From Thermodesulfovibrionales bacterium (GTDB lineage: Bacteria; Nitrospirota; Thermodesulfovibrionia; Thermodesulfovibrionales; UBA6898), in contig JBIOIY010000003.1 of NCBI GenBank assembly GCA_044450345.1, positions 122,646 to 186,645 on the forward strand: DNA of 64,000 nucleotides. Reading direction: 5' to 3'. The notes beneath the pieces were generated by a model. The model saw only the letters and a program-made list of their open reading frames with translations, searched no databases and was not told the DNA's origin. Of this stretch, positions 17,799 through 26,510 are shown piece by piece. Every line of letters begins with the position of its first letter. The first letter of the stretch is position 1. The translations under genes were made by a program, and so were the position numbers.

Positions 17799-18308
17799 TC
17801 AGTTGAAAAAAAGGTAGTCGCTACCTTTTTTGTCCCCATGACACGATATGCAGCTTTCCGGCTTGCCCGATTCCAGCACGTATCCGTTAAGGGAATCATA
17901 CTTTACCCAGAACCAGTCACCCGCCTCAGGATTATAGCCTTTCACCTTAAACATCACGGTCAGCGCCTTCAGTTTCTTGTCGGCGGCATATTCTTCATTG
18001 ATAATGCAGGCTCCATCAGGCATTTCCTTAATCTCCTTGATGGAGGCGAACGCGGCATCGTTCACATAGGTTGTCTGGAACGGACTGTGGGGATCATTAC
18101 CCGCATGCAGTTTGCCTGTTCCCGGCCAGAGATTAAACCTCTCGTAATAAGGTTTAGGTAGCGTCATAAATTTGTAAAGCTTTGCAGCATCGGAACCGGG
18201 GTAAACAGTCTTGGTGCCGTCCACTTGGGTTTGATGGATAGCGTATGCACTATACACGCCACCAAGAACTAGAACTATCACCAGAAAAGTCAACAATGTC
18301 TTTCTCAT
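17799..18308 (-). CDS. Cytochrome P460/c'-beta family protein
   Basis: Signal peptide, PH...TYVN, MPDG, VM.K.KGY.PE.GDWFW and C-terminal CISCH. Confidence 0.8.
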   Translation of the reverse strand: MRKTLLTFLVIVLVLGGVYSAYAIHQTQVDGTKTVYPGSDAAKLYKFMTLPKPYYERFNLWPGTGKLHAGNDPHSPFQTTYVNDAAFASIKEIKEMPDGACIINEEYAADKKLKALTVMFKVKGYNPEAGDWFWVKYDSLNGYVLESGKPESCISCHGDKKGSDYLFFN

Positions 18309-18478
18309 CTTATTAACCTCCTCAGATTTTTTTTTCGTGTCTCTCATGGAGAGCTCTCGTCGCATACCCGAAATCAAGCAGAGCGGCCCCAACGAATACT
18401 GCCATCGCAATCTTCTCACCGTGAACCCCTCTCATCGCTGCCTTTCAGCCGCAAAATACTCTACCTCCCATTAACTTC

Positions 18479-18532
18479 AGTGTAGCATTCCATTGTTACA
18501 GGAACATATCAGAACTGTTAAATGAGCGTTAA
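18479..18532 (-). promoter_or_regulatory. Pho-box-like promoter (3 of 4 lattice positions) plus -10 TACACT
   Basis: GTTA on the + strand at 18495, 18517, 18528; minus-strand -10 at 18484-18479. Confidence 0.55.
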
Positions 18533-18535
18533 ATT

Positions 18536-18787
18536 ATGGGCGAGGTCATTCATCCCGAGATGGTAAGCATTGCCGGAGGCCTTCGAGTGCTCATAGTCGA
18601 AGATGAAGCTCATCGGCCCGATGAGAACAAAGAATCGTCGTATCTATTCGAAATTGAGTTGCAATCGGAGGCAAGTAATGAAAATTTTGGAAGGCACATT
18701 ACTGTTCCCTTCGGGCGGCTCACCAAGAAGGGGGCACTTAAACTGGCTCCAGCAGCGGTTAAATATGCTCTCAAGAGACAAAAATAA
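18536..18787 (+). CDS. Hypothetical protein
   Basis: ORF only. Confidence 0.4.
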   Translation: MGEVIHPEMVSIAGGLRVLIVEDEAHRPDENKESSYLFEIELQSEASNENFGRHITVPFGRLTKKGALKLAPAAVKYALKRQK

Positions 18788-18880
18788 CGAAGACAACTAA
18801 GATATTTAAATTTGTAATAATTCCAATAAATACTTCTAAATTGAAAAATATCTGATGGCGTGATAACTTGAATCAAGAGG

Positions 18881-18955
18881 ACCGATAAAGCCAAACCTTC
18901 TGCGAAGAGGGGGCGGAAAGCGGCGGGTCTTGCCCCTCTTCCGAAGCCGCGAATG
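18881..18955 (+). promoter_or_regulatory. Cyclic-dinucleotide (GEMM-I/c-di-GMP-I) riboswitch-like element
   Basis: CGATAAAGCCAAACC-TTCT-GCGA-AGAGGGG-GCGGAAAGC..GGGTCT resembles the GEMM 5' core; the 3' part is divergent. Confidence 0.5.
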
Positions 18956-19164
18956 GAAAAAGGATCACCTGAGGCACATTCTTCTTTTACCGGAGGGGAA
19001 CTCGGCAAAGCCGTTATAAGGAAGACGAGGCAGAAAAAATCGAAATGAACGTTGTGACTCAGCGGTTTGCAGCTGGAGGCGCGTGGCAAGACGCAGATTA
19101 GTGAGGAAGATACCTACTGCTCGCCTTTCTTGCTGCACCTGAAAAAACAGAGAGAAAAGAATTC

Positions 19165-19911
19165 ATGCAGATAGTATCAGTAGCAAACCATAAGGGTGGA
19201 GTCGGGAAGACTACCTCGGCAGTCAATATTGCCGCCTGTTGGGGAGAGACGGGGCAAAGGGTTCTCCTTGTTGATCTCGACCCTCAGGGAAGTGCAAGCA
19301 TGTCTTTCGGCATAGAGAATGACGGAAACGATATCCTGCAGGCATTACAGAAGACCATAGCATTGCCTGTAGTGAGTACTCAAGCCGAAGGCGTGGACCT
19401 GGTTCCTGCCGGGCCTCATCTCGCGTCCGCCAGACAGAGATTTACCGGGGCAATAGGCAAGGAACTGCTGCTTCGTTGCCTGAAACAAATGCAGGATGGT
19501 TGGGACAGGGTAATTATAGATTGCCCGCCCAGTTTAGGGATTCTCACCATGGCTGCTTTGTGGGCAAGCAATCATGTCATTATCCCTGTTGAAGCAAACT
19601 ATTTGGCGATGAGCGGCCTTAAACAGATGGTGGATACCGTTAAATCTGTGGGAAATGATCACCCTGGCATCGCTATCAGGGCCGTCATACCATGCCGGGC
19701 TCACCCAAGGCGCAGAGTTCATCAGGCGGTCATGGAACAGGTTGAAAAGCTTTTCCCGGAGAAAGTCTCGCCGATCGTCCGGGAGAACGCAGCTCTGGCC
19801 GAAGCTCCCGGACGCGGGCGGCCGATCATACTTTCTGCCCCTAAATCCCACGGGGCCGAAGATTACCGACAAGTTGCATTATGGTTGTCTGACCATATCG
19901 GGAAGATCTGA
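19165..19911 (+). CDS. ParA/Soj-family ATPase (no parB alongside)
   Basis: NHKGGVGKTT, DLDPQG, IIDCPPSLG and LAEAP. Confidence 0.9.
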   Translation: MQIVSVANHKGGVGKTTSAVNIAACWGETGQRVLLVDLDPQGSASMSFGIENDGNDILQALQKTIALPVVSTQAEGVDLVPAGPHLASARQRFTGAIGKELLLRCLKQMQDGWDRVIIDCPPSLGILTMAALWASNHVIIPVEANYLAMSGLKQMVDTVKSVGNDHPGIAIRAVIPCRAHPRRRVHQAVMEQVEKLFPEKVSPIVRENAALAEAPGRGRPIILSAPKSHGAEDYRQVALWLSDHIGKI

Positions 19912-19988
19912 CAATAGGGACTATTCCCTGTATTTCCGATTAGCCGGCCGGCAAGTCACGCTGTGGTTTTTTCCGCACAGCATACAAT

Positions 19989-20042
19989 TTCACAGAGGTT
20001 TAATAAAATCGTAATGATAAGGTAATTTGAGGATTGTAAAAT
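19989..20042 (+). promoter_or_regulatory. Pho-box-like promoter plus -10 TAAAAT
   Basis: Cores at 19990 (TCA), 20001, 20012, 20023; -10 at 20037. Confidence 0.7.
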
Positions 20043-20113
20043 TGCAATATGGATTCAAATGTTTTCCTCGGAGGGAACCAAAATGGAGGACACTGGGAAA
20101 GGAGGAGATGTCA

Positions 20114-20287
20114 ATGAATGTGGACCTGCATGATTTAATACAGCAGCTTGCATGCGAACTCTATTTGAAAAGCGAAAAAGCCGAGGGTCATGATCTTAAC
20201 AACTGGATCGAGGCGGAATGGATTGTAAAAAATCGCTTCGAGCGCACCAAAGATCTCAACAATATCCTGGCAGAAGAGACGGGGTAA
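20114..20287 (+). CDS. DUF2934-like small protein
   Basis: I..LA.ELY......GHDL.NW.EAE; SD AGGAGG. Confidence 0.7.
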   Translation: MNVDLHDLIQQLACELYLKSEKAEGHDLNNWIEAEWIVKNRFERTKDLNNILAEETG

Positions 20288-20340
20288 TTAAAGTCGCTCT
20301 ATAGTCCGGTGACAACGGTCCAGCGATTAAGGAGGATACT

Positions 20341-20547
20341 GTGTGGGAATATAGCCATATCGACGAGCGGTTCGAAGTATCAATCAGGATAATGCATGAT
20401 CCTCGTATCGATGCGCAGACGCTTAATGAGGTCTCACAGTCCATTAGCGACCTTGTGGACGAATTTGCAACAAGGGTTCGCACTCTGGTGGAGTATGAGG
20501 ACAGGGATGGCAGGGAAAGCTCAAGTCTGAGCCATGATCGTTCTTAA
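20341..20547 (+). CDS. Hypothetical protein
   Basis: SD AAGGAGG before GTG. Confidence 0.55.
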   Translation: MWEYSHIDERFEVSIRIMHDPRIDAQTLNEVSQSISDLVDEFATRVRTLVEYEDRDGRESSSLSHDRS

Positions 20548-20579
20548 AAAATGCTGCTCACTTAATAGTTAGGAGGCAT

Positions 20580-21056
20580 ATGTTGACAAAGGATGGATTG
20601 AAGGAATCAGCAAAAGGAAAATCGGCAAAGCCGGTTTCTCCCATCGCAACCAAACAAAATCATGTCAAGAAGGATCCAATAAAAAAGGGGAGGGGCCTAC
20701 AAGAGATAGCGTCTGAGCATGAGACTCAAAGCAAGTCGGAAAAAGGAAATGGAGGCATCGAGAGAGAGTATTCATCCCCGGCCTCTTCCTGCAAGGTAAC
20801 CTTTCGACTGCCCAGGGAAGTAGCCGGCGCTGCCAAAAAGGCTTCACTCGTCGGAGACTTCACCCACTGGGAAAAAGGCGCGCAGCCGATGAAGAGGCTC
20901 AAAAGCGGTCATTTTGAAATAACGCTTGAGTTACCGTCCAACGCGGAATATAGGTTCCGGTATCTCATTGATGATTGTCGCTGGGAGAATGATCGGCATG
21001 CCGATGCATTCAAACCAAATCCCTATGGATGTGAGGACTCGGTAATTATTTTGTGA
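20580..21056 (+). CDS. Glycogen-binding (isoamylase early-set/CBM48-like) protein
   Basis: VTFRLP, LVGDF..W, Y.FRYLID..W.ND. Confidence 0.8.
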   Translation: MLTKDGLKESAKGKSAKPVSPIATKQNHVKKDPIKKGRGLQEIASEHETQSKSEKGNGGIEREYSSPASSCKVTFRLPREVAGAAKKASLVGDFTHWEKGAQPMKRLKSGHFEITLELPSNAEYRFRYLIDDCRWENDRHADAFKPNPYGCEDSVIIL

Positions 21057-21404
21057 ATAGTGAGATTCTTTTTTCATGTTGGTCCTTATTTGGATTAGGG
21101 AAGTAATGAGTAAAAATGAGAATAAATATTGACTTGAAGTTAGGATCGTGCTTAAATATTTTAGCCGCATAGAAAGAACTTGAGGGAGGTGATGTTAATG
21201 GACGCTGGCCCAGGTAGTCATAGTAGTTACGGCGAAAAACTGATGGGTCGGATACTTGCGTGTTCATTACTCACCTCTACCTTGAATCTCTCCTGCCCCC
21301 TGTCCTGACACGCGTACTATCCTAACCCCTTAAGACGTATAGCGCAGTATTTTACCCGCTTTTTTTAAATGCGGCTGCAGCTTGCTTATTAAGGAGACTG
21401 TACA

Positions 21405-22673
21405 ATGAATATTTTCACTCGGCTTTATTACGGGTACCGTAAAATCTGGAAGGCGATCATGCTTTATTTCATGATTGCAGGTCCTGGCATCGTGGTGATG
21501 GTGGCTGATAATGACGCCGGCGGGATTACCACCTATGCCGCTACCGGAGCAAAATACGGCTATCATCTTACGTGGTTTCTGATTATTCTTATCCCCGTCG
21601 CCTATTATGTTCAGGAAATGACCGTGAGGCTCGGGGCAGTTACTAAACGTGGCCACGCCGAGGCGATCTTTGCGGGTTTCGGGGCATTCTGGGGTTGGTT
21701 TTCTCTGCTAGATCTTATGCTGGTTAATTGGTTGACCCTGGTGACCGAATTCATCGGCATGACTGCGGCCCTCAAAATCTTCGGCATTCCCGCATATTTG
21801 ACGGTGATGGCTGTATGCATTTTCATGGGTATTATGGTGGTTAGTGGCCGCTATTGGACATGGGAGAAGCTTGCCTTGCTCTTCTGCGCAGTCAATCTGA
21901 TTTACATCCCTGCCGCCTTCATGGTTAATCCATCTGTATCCCAAATCGTCGGCGATGGCTTAATTCCTCACTTCCCAGGAGGATTCAACAACGAAATGTT
22001 CTTTTACCTTATGGCCAATATCGGCACCACAATCGCTCCATGGATGCTCTTTTTCCAGCAGAGCGCGGTCGTAGACAAGGCAATGAAGGAGAAAGATATT
22101 CCCTGGGGCCAGTTGGATACGTTTATCGGCGCAGTCATGACCGTGGTGGTGGCGGTATTTATCACTATCGTTACAGGAACTGTCTTGAAGGGAATGAATA
22201 TTGATGATGCGGCACAGGCCTCAAAGGTCTTGCTTGGCATTAACAGGAAGGTGGGCACCTTTATGGCCATCGGTCTCTTCGACGCAGGACTTCTCGGAGC
22301 CATTTGCATTTCACTGGCCAGTTCCTGGGCCTTCGGCGAAGTCTTTGGCTGGGCGCACTCCCTGAATAACAAGATAAAGGAGGCTCCCTGGTTCTACGCC
22401 AATTATTTTCTGACTCTTATCAGCGCCGGCTGCGTAGTGTTGATCCCGAAGGCGCCCCTGGTGCTCATCACTCTTTTTGTGCAGGTGATCGCGGTAACGC
22501 TTCTGCCTGCAGCACTGGTTTTTTTGATCCTGCTCCTCAACAACAAAAAAACCATGGGTGACCACACTAACACTCTTTGGCAGAATGTCGTAAACTCTGT
22601 TATAGTCGTGGCGATTGTGATTTTGTCGAGTTTATACGGCATCAGCACCCTGTTTCCGGACATATTTAAATAG
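21405..22673 (+). CDS. NRAMP-family divalent cation transporter, Mg-type subgroup
   Basis: GPG...DNDAGGITTY, QEM..RLG and IGTTIAPW (not the DPGN/MPH of MntH). Confidence 0.85.
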   Translation: MNIFTRLYYGYRKIWKAIMLYFMIAGPGIVVMVADNDAGGITTYAATGAKYGYHLTWFLIILIPVAYYVQEMTVRLGAVTKRGHAEAIFAGFGAFWGWFSLLDLMLVNWLTLVTEFIGMTAALKIFGIPAYLTVMAVCIFMGIMVVSGRYWTWEKLALLFCAVNLIYIPAAFMVNPSVSQIVGDGLIPHFPGGFNNEMFFYLMANIGTTIAPWMLFFQQSAVVDKAMKEKDIPWGQLDTFIGAVMTVVVAVFITIVTGTVLKGMNIDDAAQASKVLLGINRKVGTFMAIGLFDAGLLGAICISLASSWAFGEVFGWAHSLNNKIKEAPWFYANYFLTLISAGCVVLIPKAPLVLITLFVQVIAVTLLPAALVFLILLLNNKKTMGDHTNTLWQNVVNSVIVVAIVILSSLYGISTLFPDIFK

Positions 22674-22688
22674 TGAAGGAGGACGACA

Positions 22689-22865
22689 ATGATAAAGAAT
22701 TTTTTCAGCCACAATTACGCTAAGATCCGCGAGATCAATGAAAAGTACGCGACCCCAAACGTTGAGATGTCCAAGTGGGTGAAGATTTCATTGTTATCAT
22801 TGCGGTTTTATCTTATTTTTCTTGTAGGCTTATTGATTTATAAATTTATCACCTTATTGAGATAA
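22689..22865 (+). CDS. Small membrane protein, 58 aa (absent from the ORF track)
   Basis: SD AAGGAGG; ...LLSLRFYLIFLVGLLIYKFITLLR. Confidence 0.7.
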   Translation: MIKNFFSHNYAKIREINEKYATPNVEMSKWVKISLLSLRFYLIFLVGLLIYKFITLLR

Positions 22866-22877
22866 GGGAGGCATATT

Positions 22878-24152
22878 GTGAACAATACAGTTGATAAGAA
22901 ACAGGAGCAGATCGAAGTAGTGTATTTCCTGAGCGATATCATCGGTATAAAGGTCTTTAATCATGACAGGAAGATCGGGAAACTGCGGGATATCGCCATC
23001 CGCGAACATGAGAAACTCCCCACGGTGACCCATTTTATCGTCCATCGGCCGTTTGGCCACAAGCCGTTGATGGTCCCCTGGGAACGGGTGAGTTTGGTCA
23101 ATCTCAGGGAAATCATAGTCAATCTCGATTCTGTCGAACAGTATGAAGGAGAACCTGCTGAATTCCAAGTGCTGCTGAATGACCACGTTTTGGACAAGAA
23201 AGTCCTCGACATGGACGACAATGAGATCGATATTGTCTACGACGTCAAACTGGTATTACGTAACAGGATACTTTACGTTACTGATGTGGATTTCAGCAGA
23301 TACGCCCTACTGAAAAGGCTCGGGCTCAAACCGCTCGCGAAACTGCTGGGCAACTCCGACCTCCTGAAGAAAGAGACCCTCTCCTGGTCCTACGTCCAGC
23401 CGCTTCCGGAGAACATTGGCATCTTTAAAGGCAATGTAAAACTGAATGTCCTGAAAGAGAAACTCCCGGAGATTCATCCGGTTGATCTCGCCGACATCCT
23501 GGAGGAACTGAACGAAGAACAGCGACTTGCCATCTTTAACGAATTGGAGACGGAGCATGCGTCGGACACTCTGGAAGAGATAGAGCCTCGTGTCCAGAGA
23601 GAACTGATCTCCTCCATCAAGAAAGAGAGGGCTGCGGAATTGATCAATGATATGACGCCTGCCCAGGCTGCCGATATCCTTGCTGTCCTTCCTGCGGCTG
23701 ATGCCGACGATATACTGAAATTGATCGACAGGGAGAATGCACAGAAGATTCAGTACTTGCTCGACAAACACGATGAGAAGATCGTCAACTTCTCGACGTC
23801 ACATTTTATCAAACTCCCTCCTCGCACCCAGGTCAGTCAGGTCCTTCTTCAGTACCGCGAGATCGCAAAGGACAAGGATGAGATCATGTATCTCTATGTT
23901 GTCGATGAAAAAGACACTCTGCTGGGTATCGTGGATCTGAAAGAGGTATTGCAGGCAAAAGTCGACGATAAACTTAAGGACATCATGACAACTGGTATCA
24001 TCCATCTGAATCCGGAGAATACCCTCCTTGAGGCCTCCGAAATGTTTTCGCGTTATAGCTTCCGGGCTATTCCAATTACCGACGACAACGATATCATCCT
24101 CGGTGTTGTCCCTTATCGAGACATCATGAATCTCAAACACAGGTTTGTATAG
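22878..24152 (+). CDS. MgtE intracellular-domain protein (PRC, MgtE_N and CBS pair; no TM region)
   Basis: HPVDLADILEEL, YLYVVD and AIPITD; no hydrophobic C-terminus. Confidence 0.8.
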   Translation: MNNTVDKKQEQIEVVYFLSDIIGIKVFNHDRKIGKLRDIAIREHEKLPTVTHFIVHRPFGHKPLMVPWERVSLVNLREIIVNLDSVEQYEGEPAEFQVLLNDHVLDKKVLDMDDNEIDIVYDVKLVLRNRILYVTDVDFSRYALLKRLGLKPLAKLLGNSDLLKKETLSWSYVQPLPENIGIFKGNVKLNVLKEKLPEIHPVDLADILEELNEEQRLAIFNELETEHASDTLEEIEPRVQRELISSIKKERAAELINDMTPAQAADILAVLPAADADDILKLIDRENAQKIQYLLDKHDEKIVNFSTSHFIKLPPRTQVSQVLLQYREIAKDKDEIMYLYVVDEKDTLLGIVDLKEVLQAKVDDKLKDIMTTGIIHLNPENTLLEASEMFSRYSFRAIPITDDNDIILGVVPYRDIMNLKHRFV

Positions 24153-24347
24153 TGTAGTGTCTTGACCCACTCGGCGACGTTGCTGTTTATGCACCATTCG
24201 CGAACGAGGTCGTGGACTGGACGTGCGTGGCATTGATTGACATTATTAGCGAAGGGATAAAGAGTGAGTTTTTGAGAAGAACTGTCTTCTTATTTTCCAG
24301 ACAAACTAAAGGAGGCCCGGTAAGCGCAGAGAACAAAAGGAAATCGG

Positions 24348-24716
24348 TTACAAAAGGATTCCCAGTAATGACAACGCAGTGCCCTCAAATGCCCTGTCCA
24401 CAAAAACCCCGAAAGCGGCCCTACCCAGGACCTTCCCTGCCTTGGATGCCGCTGTCTGGATATACTGGTCGTTTGATATAGCCTTAGTCTCATCGAAATA
24501 GCCCGCCCTCTGAAGGGTATTGATTATGTCTTTGTCATTGATTTGGGATGCATTGTAGTGTATCGTCAGGCTTCCGGTGGTGTTGTTGATATCGATTGTG
24601 GCTATTCCTATGAGGCCGGAAAGCAACATTTTTATATGATCGTGGGTATTTTTGTTCTTGAACAGAGGGTTCTTCAGGCGTAATCTCCCCGGCGTGGTGT
24701 GAATGTAATAGTTCAT
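24348..24716 (-). CDS. HMA2-like domain protein with hydrophobic tail
   Basis: MNYYIHTTPGRLRL...NNTTGSLTIHYN; tail ALSLLGILL. Confidence 0.75.
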   Translation of the reverse strand: MNYYIHTTPGRLRLKNPLFKNKNTHDHIKMLLSGLIGIATIDINNTTGSLTIHYNASQINDKDIINTLQRAGYFDETKAISNDQYIQTAASKAGKVLGRAAFGVFVDRAFEGTALSLLGILL

Positions 24717-24717
24717 G

Positions 24718-25017
24718 CTATTTATCCTCCTCCTTCATTCTGAACTTCCTGAAATGCTTGCAATCAGGATATCCTGAACACCGGAATCTGATCACGTCAC
24801 CTTCTAATTTGTAGACGTGCATGGGCTTGCCGCATTCCTTACATATAGGTTTCCCCTTGACTTCAGAAACCTTTGATCCATTTGTGAACTGCTTCCCGCA
24901 AATTATGCAGAGAAACCTCTGTTTCCCGGTCCCTGCCTTGCCATACCGGTATACTGCCTCCGAGTTACAGGAGGGACAGGACGTGTCCGCGTTTACCTTC
25001 TCAAGCACACTAATCAT
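24718..25017 (-). CDS. Double zinc-ribbon protein (InsA-like plus topoisomerase C4-like)
   Basis: CPSC..YG....KQRFLC..C and C.ECG..M...CSGYPDC. Confidence 0.7.
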   Translation of the reverse strand: MISVLEKVNADTSCPSCNSEAVYRYGKAGTGKQRFLCIICGKQFTNGSKVSEVKGKPICKECGKPMHVYKLEGDVIRFRCSGYPDCKHFRKFRMKEEDK

Positions 25018-25023
25018 GGTTAC

Positions 25024-25078
25024 ATTATATATCGATAGGTGTTACATTCAAGTGAAGGCAATGTTACATTTCGGTTAA
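25024..25078 (-). promoter_or_regulatory. Pho-box-like promoter plus -10 TATAAT, predicted leaderless
   Basis: GTTA/GTGA on the + strand at 25041, 25052, 25063, 25074; TATAAT at 25029-25024, 6 nt before ATG. Confidence 0.7.
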
Positions 25079-25199
25079 ATTTTTGGCTATGTGGTGCCCA
25101 ATTCGATATGGAAAAAGTCGGTACCATTGTGCAGGAATAATTTTTCACATGCGAATATTTTTGATACCACCTCTCTTTTGACATTTTCATCCACTTTTT

Positions 25200-25253
25200 A
25201 TAACGCAAACTTAATATTTCCTTAATATTGTTGTAACAATGCAATGCTATTTT
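25200..25253 (+). promoter_or_regulatory. Pho-box-like promoter (distal to pstS)
   Basis: TAA cores at 25201, 25212, 25223, 25234; -10 TATTTT at 25248. Confidence 0.65.
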
Positions 25254-25337
25254 AGATCACGTGGCCGATCTGCGTGAGTCTTGCTATCGTGAGTCTGAGG
25301 CGATAAAATGAAGGAGGAGGTGAGATTGTCAGGGGAT

Positions 25338-25391
25338 GTAATATGAATTTAACTTCCTTGTAACATTCTTGTAATAATTGGGCTGTATCCT
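25338..25391 (+). promoter_or_regulatory. Pho box and promoter of pstS
   Basis: TAA cores at 25339, 25350, 25361, 25372; -10 TATCCT at 25386. Confidence 0.8.
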
Positions 25392-25419
25392 TAAGAATAA
25401 CATTTAAAAAGGAGAAAAA

Positions 25420-26430
25420 ATGAGAGCGTTCTTCAAATTAACCTTGGCAATAGCGGTGATCTTGATGTTTACCAATGTGTATGCGGCAGAAACACTTAAC
25501 GGAGCAGGAGCGACTTTCCCTTATCCTGTTTATTCTGCATGGGCCTTCGACTACAGCAAGGTTGCAGGAATGCAACTGAACTACCAGTCCATAGGTTCCG
25601 GCGGCGGCATCAGGCAGATTACAGAGAGGACCGTTGATTTCGGCGCATCCGATGCGCCCCTAAAGCCTGAGCAACTTACCAAAGATAAGCTGCTGCAGTT
25701 CCCGGCAGTTATCGGCGGCGTGGTCCCCGTGATCAATGTTTCAGGAGTGAAAGCCGGTGAGCTTAAACTCGATCCTGACGCCCTCTGCAAGATATACCTG
25801 GGAGACATTAAATACTGGGACGACAAAACGATTAAGTCTTTGAATCCCAAACTGAATCTCTCGCATGACGAAATTACGGTAGTCCACAGGTCGGACGGTT
25901 CAGGAACTACTGCGATATTTACAGAATATCTCAACTCGGTATGCCCCGACTGGAAAAGCAAGGTTGGCGCGGGGACTTCGGTGAAGTGGCCCGTCGGCAT
26001 AGGCGGCAAGGGAAACGAGGGCGTGGCGAACTATACAAAGAGGACCGCAAACTCCATAGGATATGTCGAGTTTGCGTATGCAAAGCAAAACAAGCTTGAG
26101 CATGTCCAGCTTAAGAACAAGGCGGGAAATTTTATACAGCCTAGTTTCGAGAGTTTCGAAGATGCGGCAGACACAGGTGACTTTGATGCAAAGAAAGACT
26201 TTCATCTCTGGCTGGTCAACGCGCCGGGCAAAGGCTCATGGCCTATCGCAGGAGCGACATTCATTTTACTGGCGAAAGAGAAGACCGACTCAAACAAAAA
26301 AGTGGTAACATTTTTTGACTGGGCCTTTAAAAACGGAGACAGCAAGGCAAAAGAACTGGTTTACGTCCCTTTACCGAAATCTTTAAAGGACAAGATAAGG
26401 GGTTACTGGAAGGCAAACGGTCTGCAATAA
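25420..26430 (+). CDS. pstS: Phosphate ABC transporter substrate-binding protein
   Basis: GAGATFPYP, YQSIGSGGG, DFGASD, RSDGSGTT and GKGNEGVA. Confidence 0.97.
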   Translation: MRAFFKLTLAIAVILMFTNVYAAETLNGAGATFPYPVYSAWAFDYSKVAGMQLNYQSIGSGGGIRQITERTVDFGASDAPLKPEQLTKDKLLQFPAVIGGVVPVINVSGVKAGELKLDPDALCKIYLGDIKYWDDKTIKSLNPKLNLSHDEITVVHRSDGSGTTAIFTEYLNSVCPDWKSKVGAGTSVKWPVGIGGKGNEGVANYTKRTANSIGYVEFAYAKQNKLEHVQLKNKAGNFIQPSFESFEDAADTGDFDAKKDFHLWLVNAPGKGSWPIAGATFILLAKEKTDSNKKVVTFFDWAFKNGDSKAKELVYVPLPKSLKDKIRGYWKANGLQ

Positions 26431-26441
26431 TCATTCGGGAG

Positions 26442-26478
26442 AATTGGGGCAGGGCACAAAGCCTGCCCCAATTTTTTT
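26442..26478 (+). terminator. Hairpin plus U-tract after pstS
   Basis: AATTGGGGCAGG...CCTGCCCCAATT followed by a T run. Confidence 0.7.
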
Positions 26479-26510
26479 ATAAAGGATTGGCTGAAAAGGT
26501 GGCAATATAA

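Noticed and set aside
21180..21380. Canonical M-box (ykoK) riboswitch
   Set aside because: Only short GCCC/ATGGGTC similarity; the rest of the consensus is not recognisable, so it is reported as a candidate leader instead
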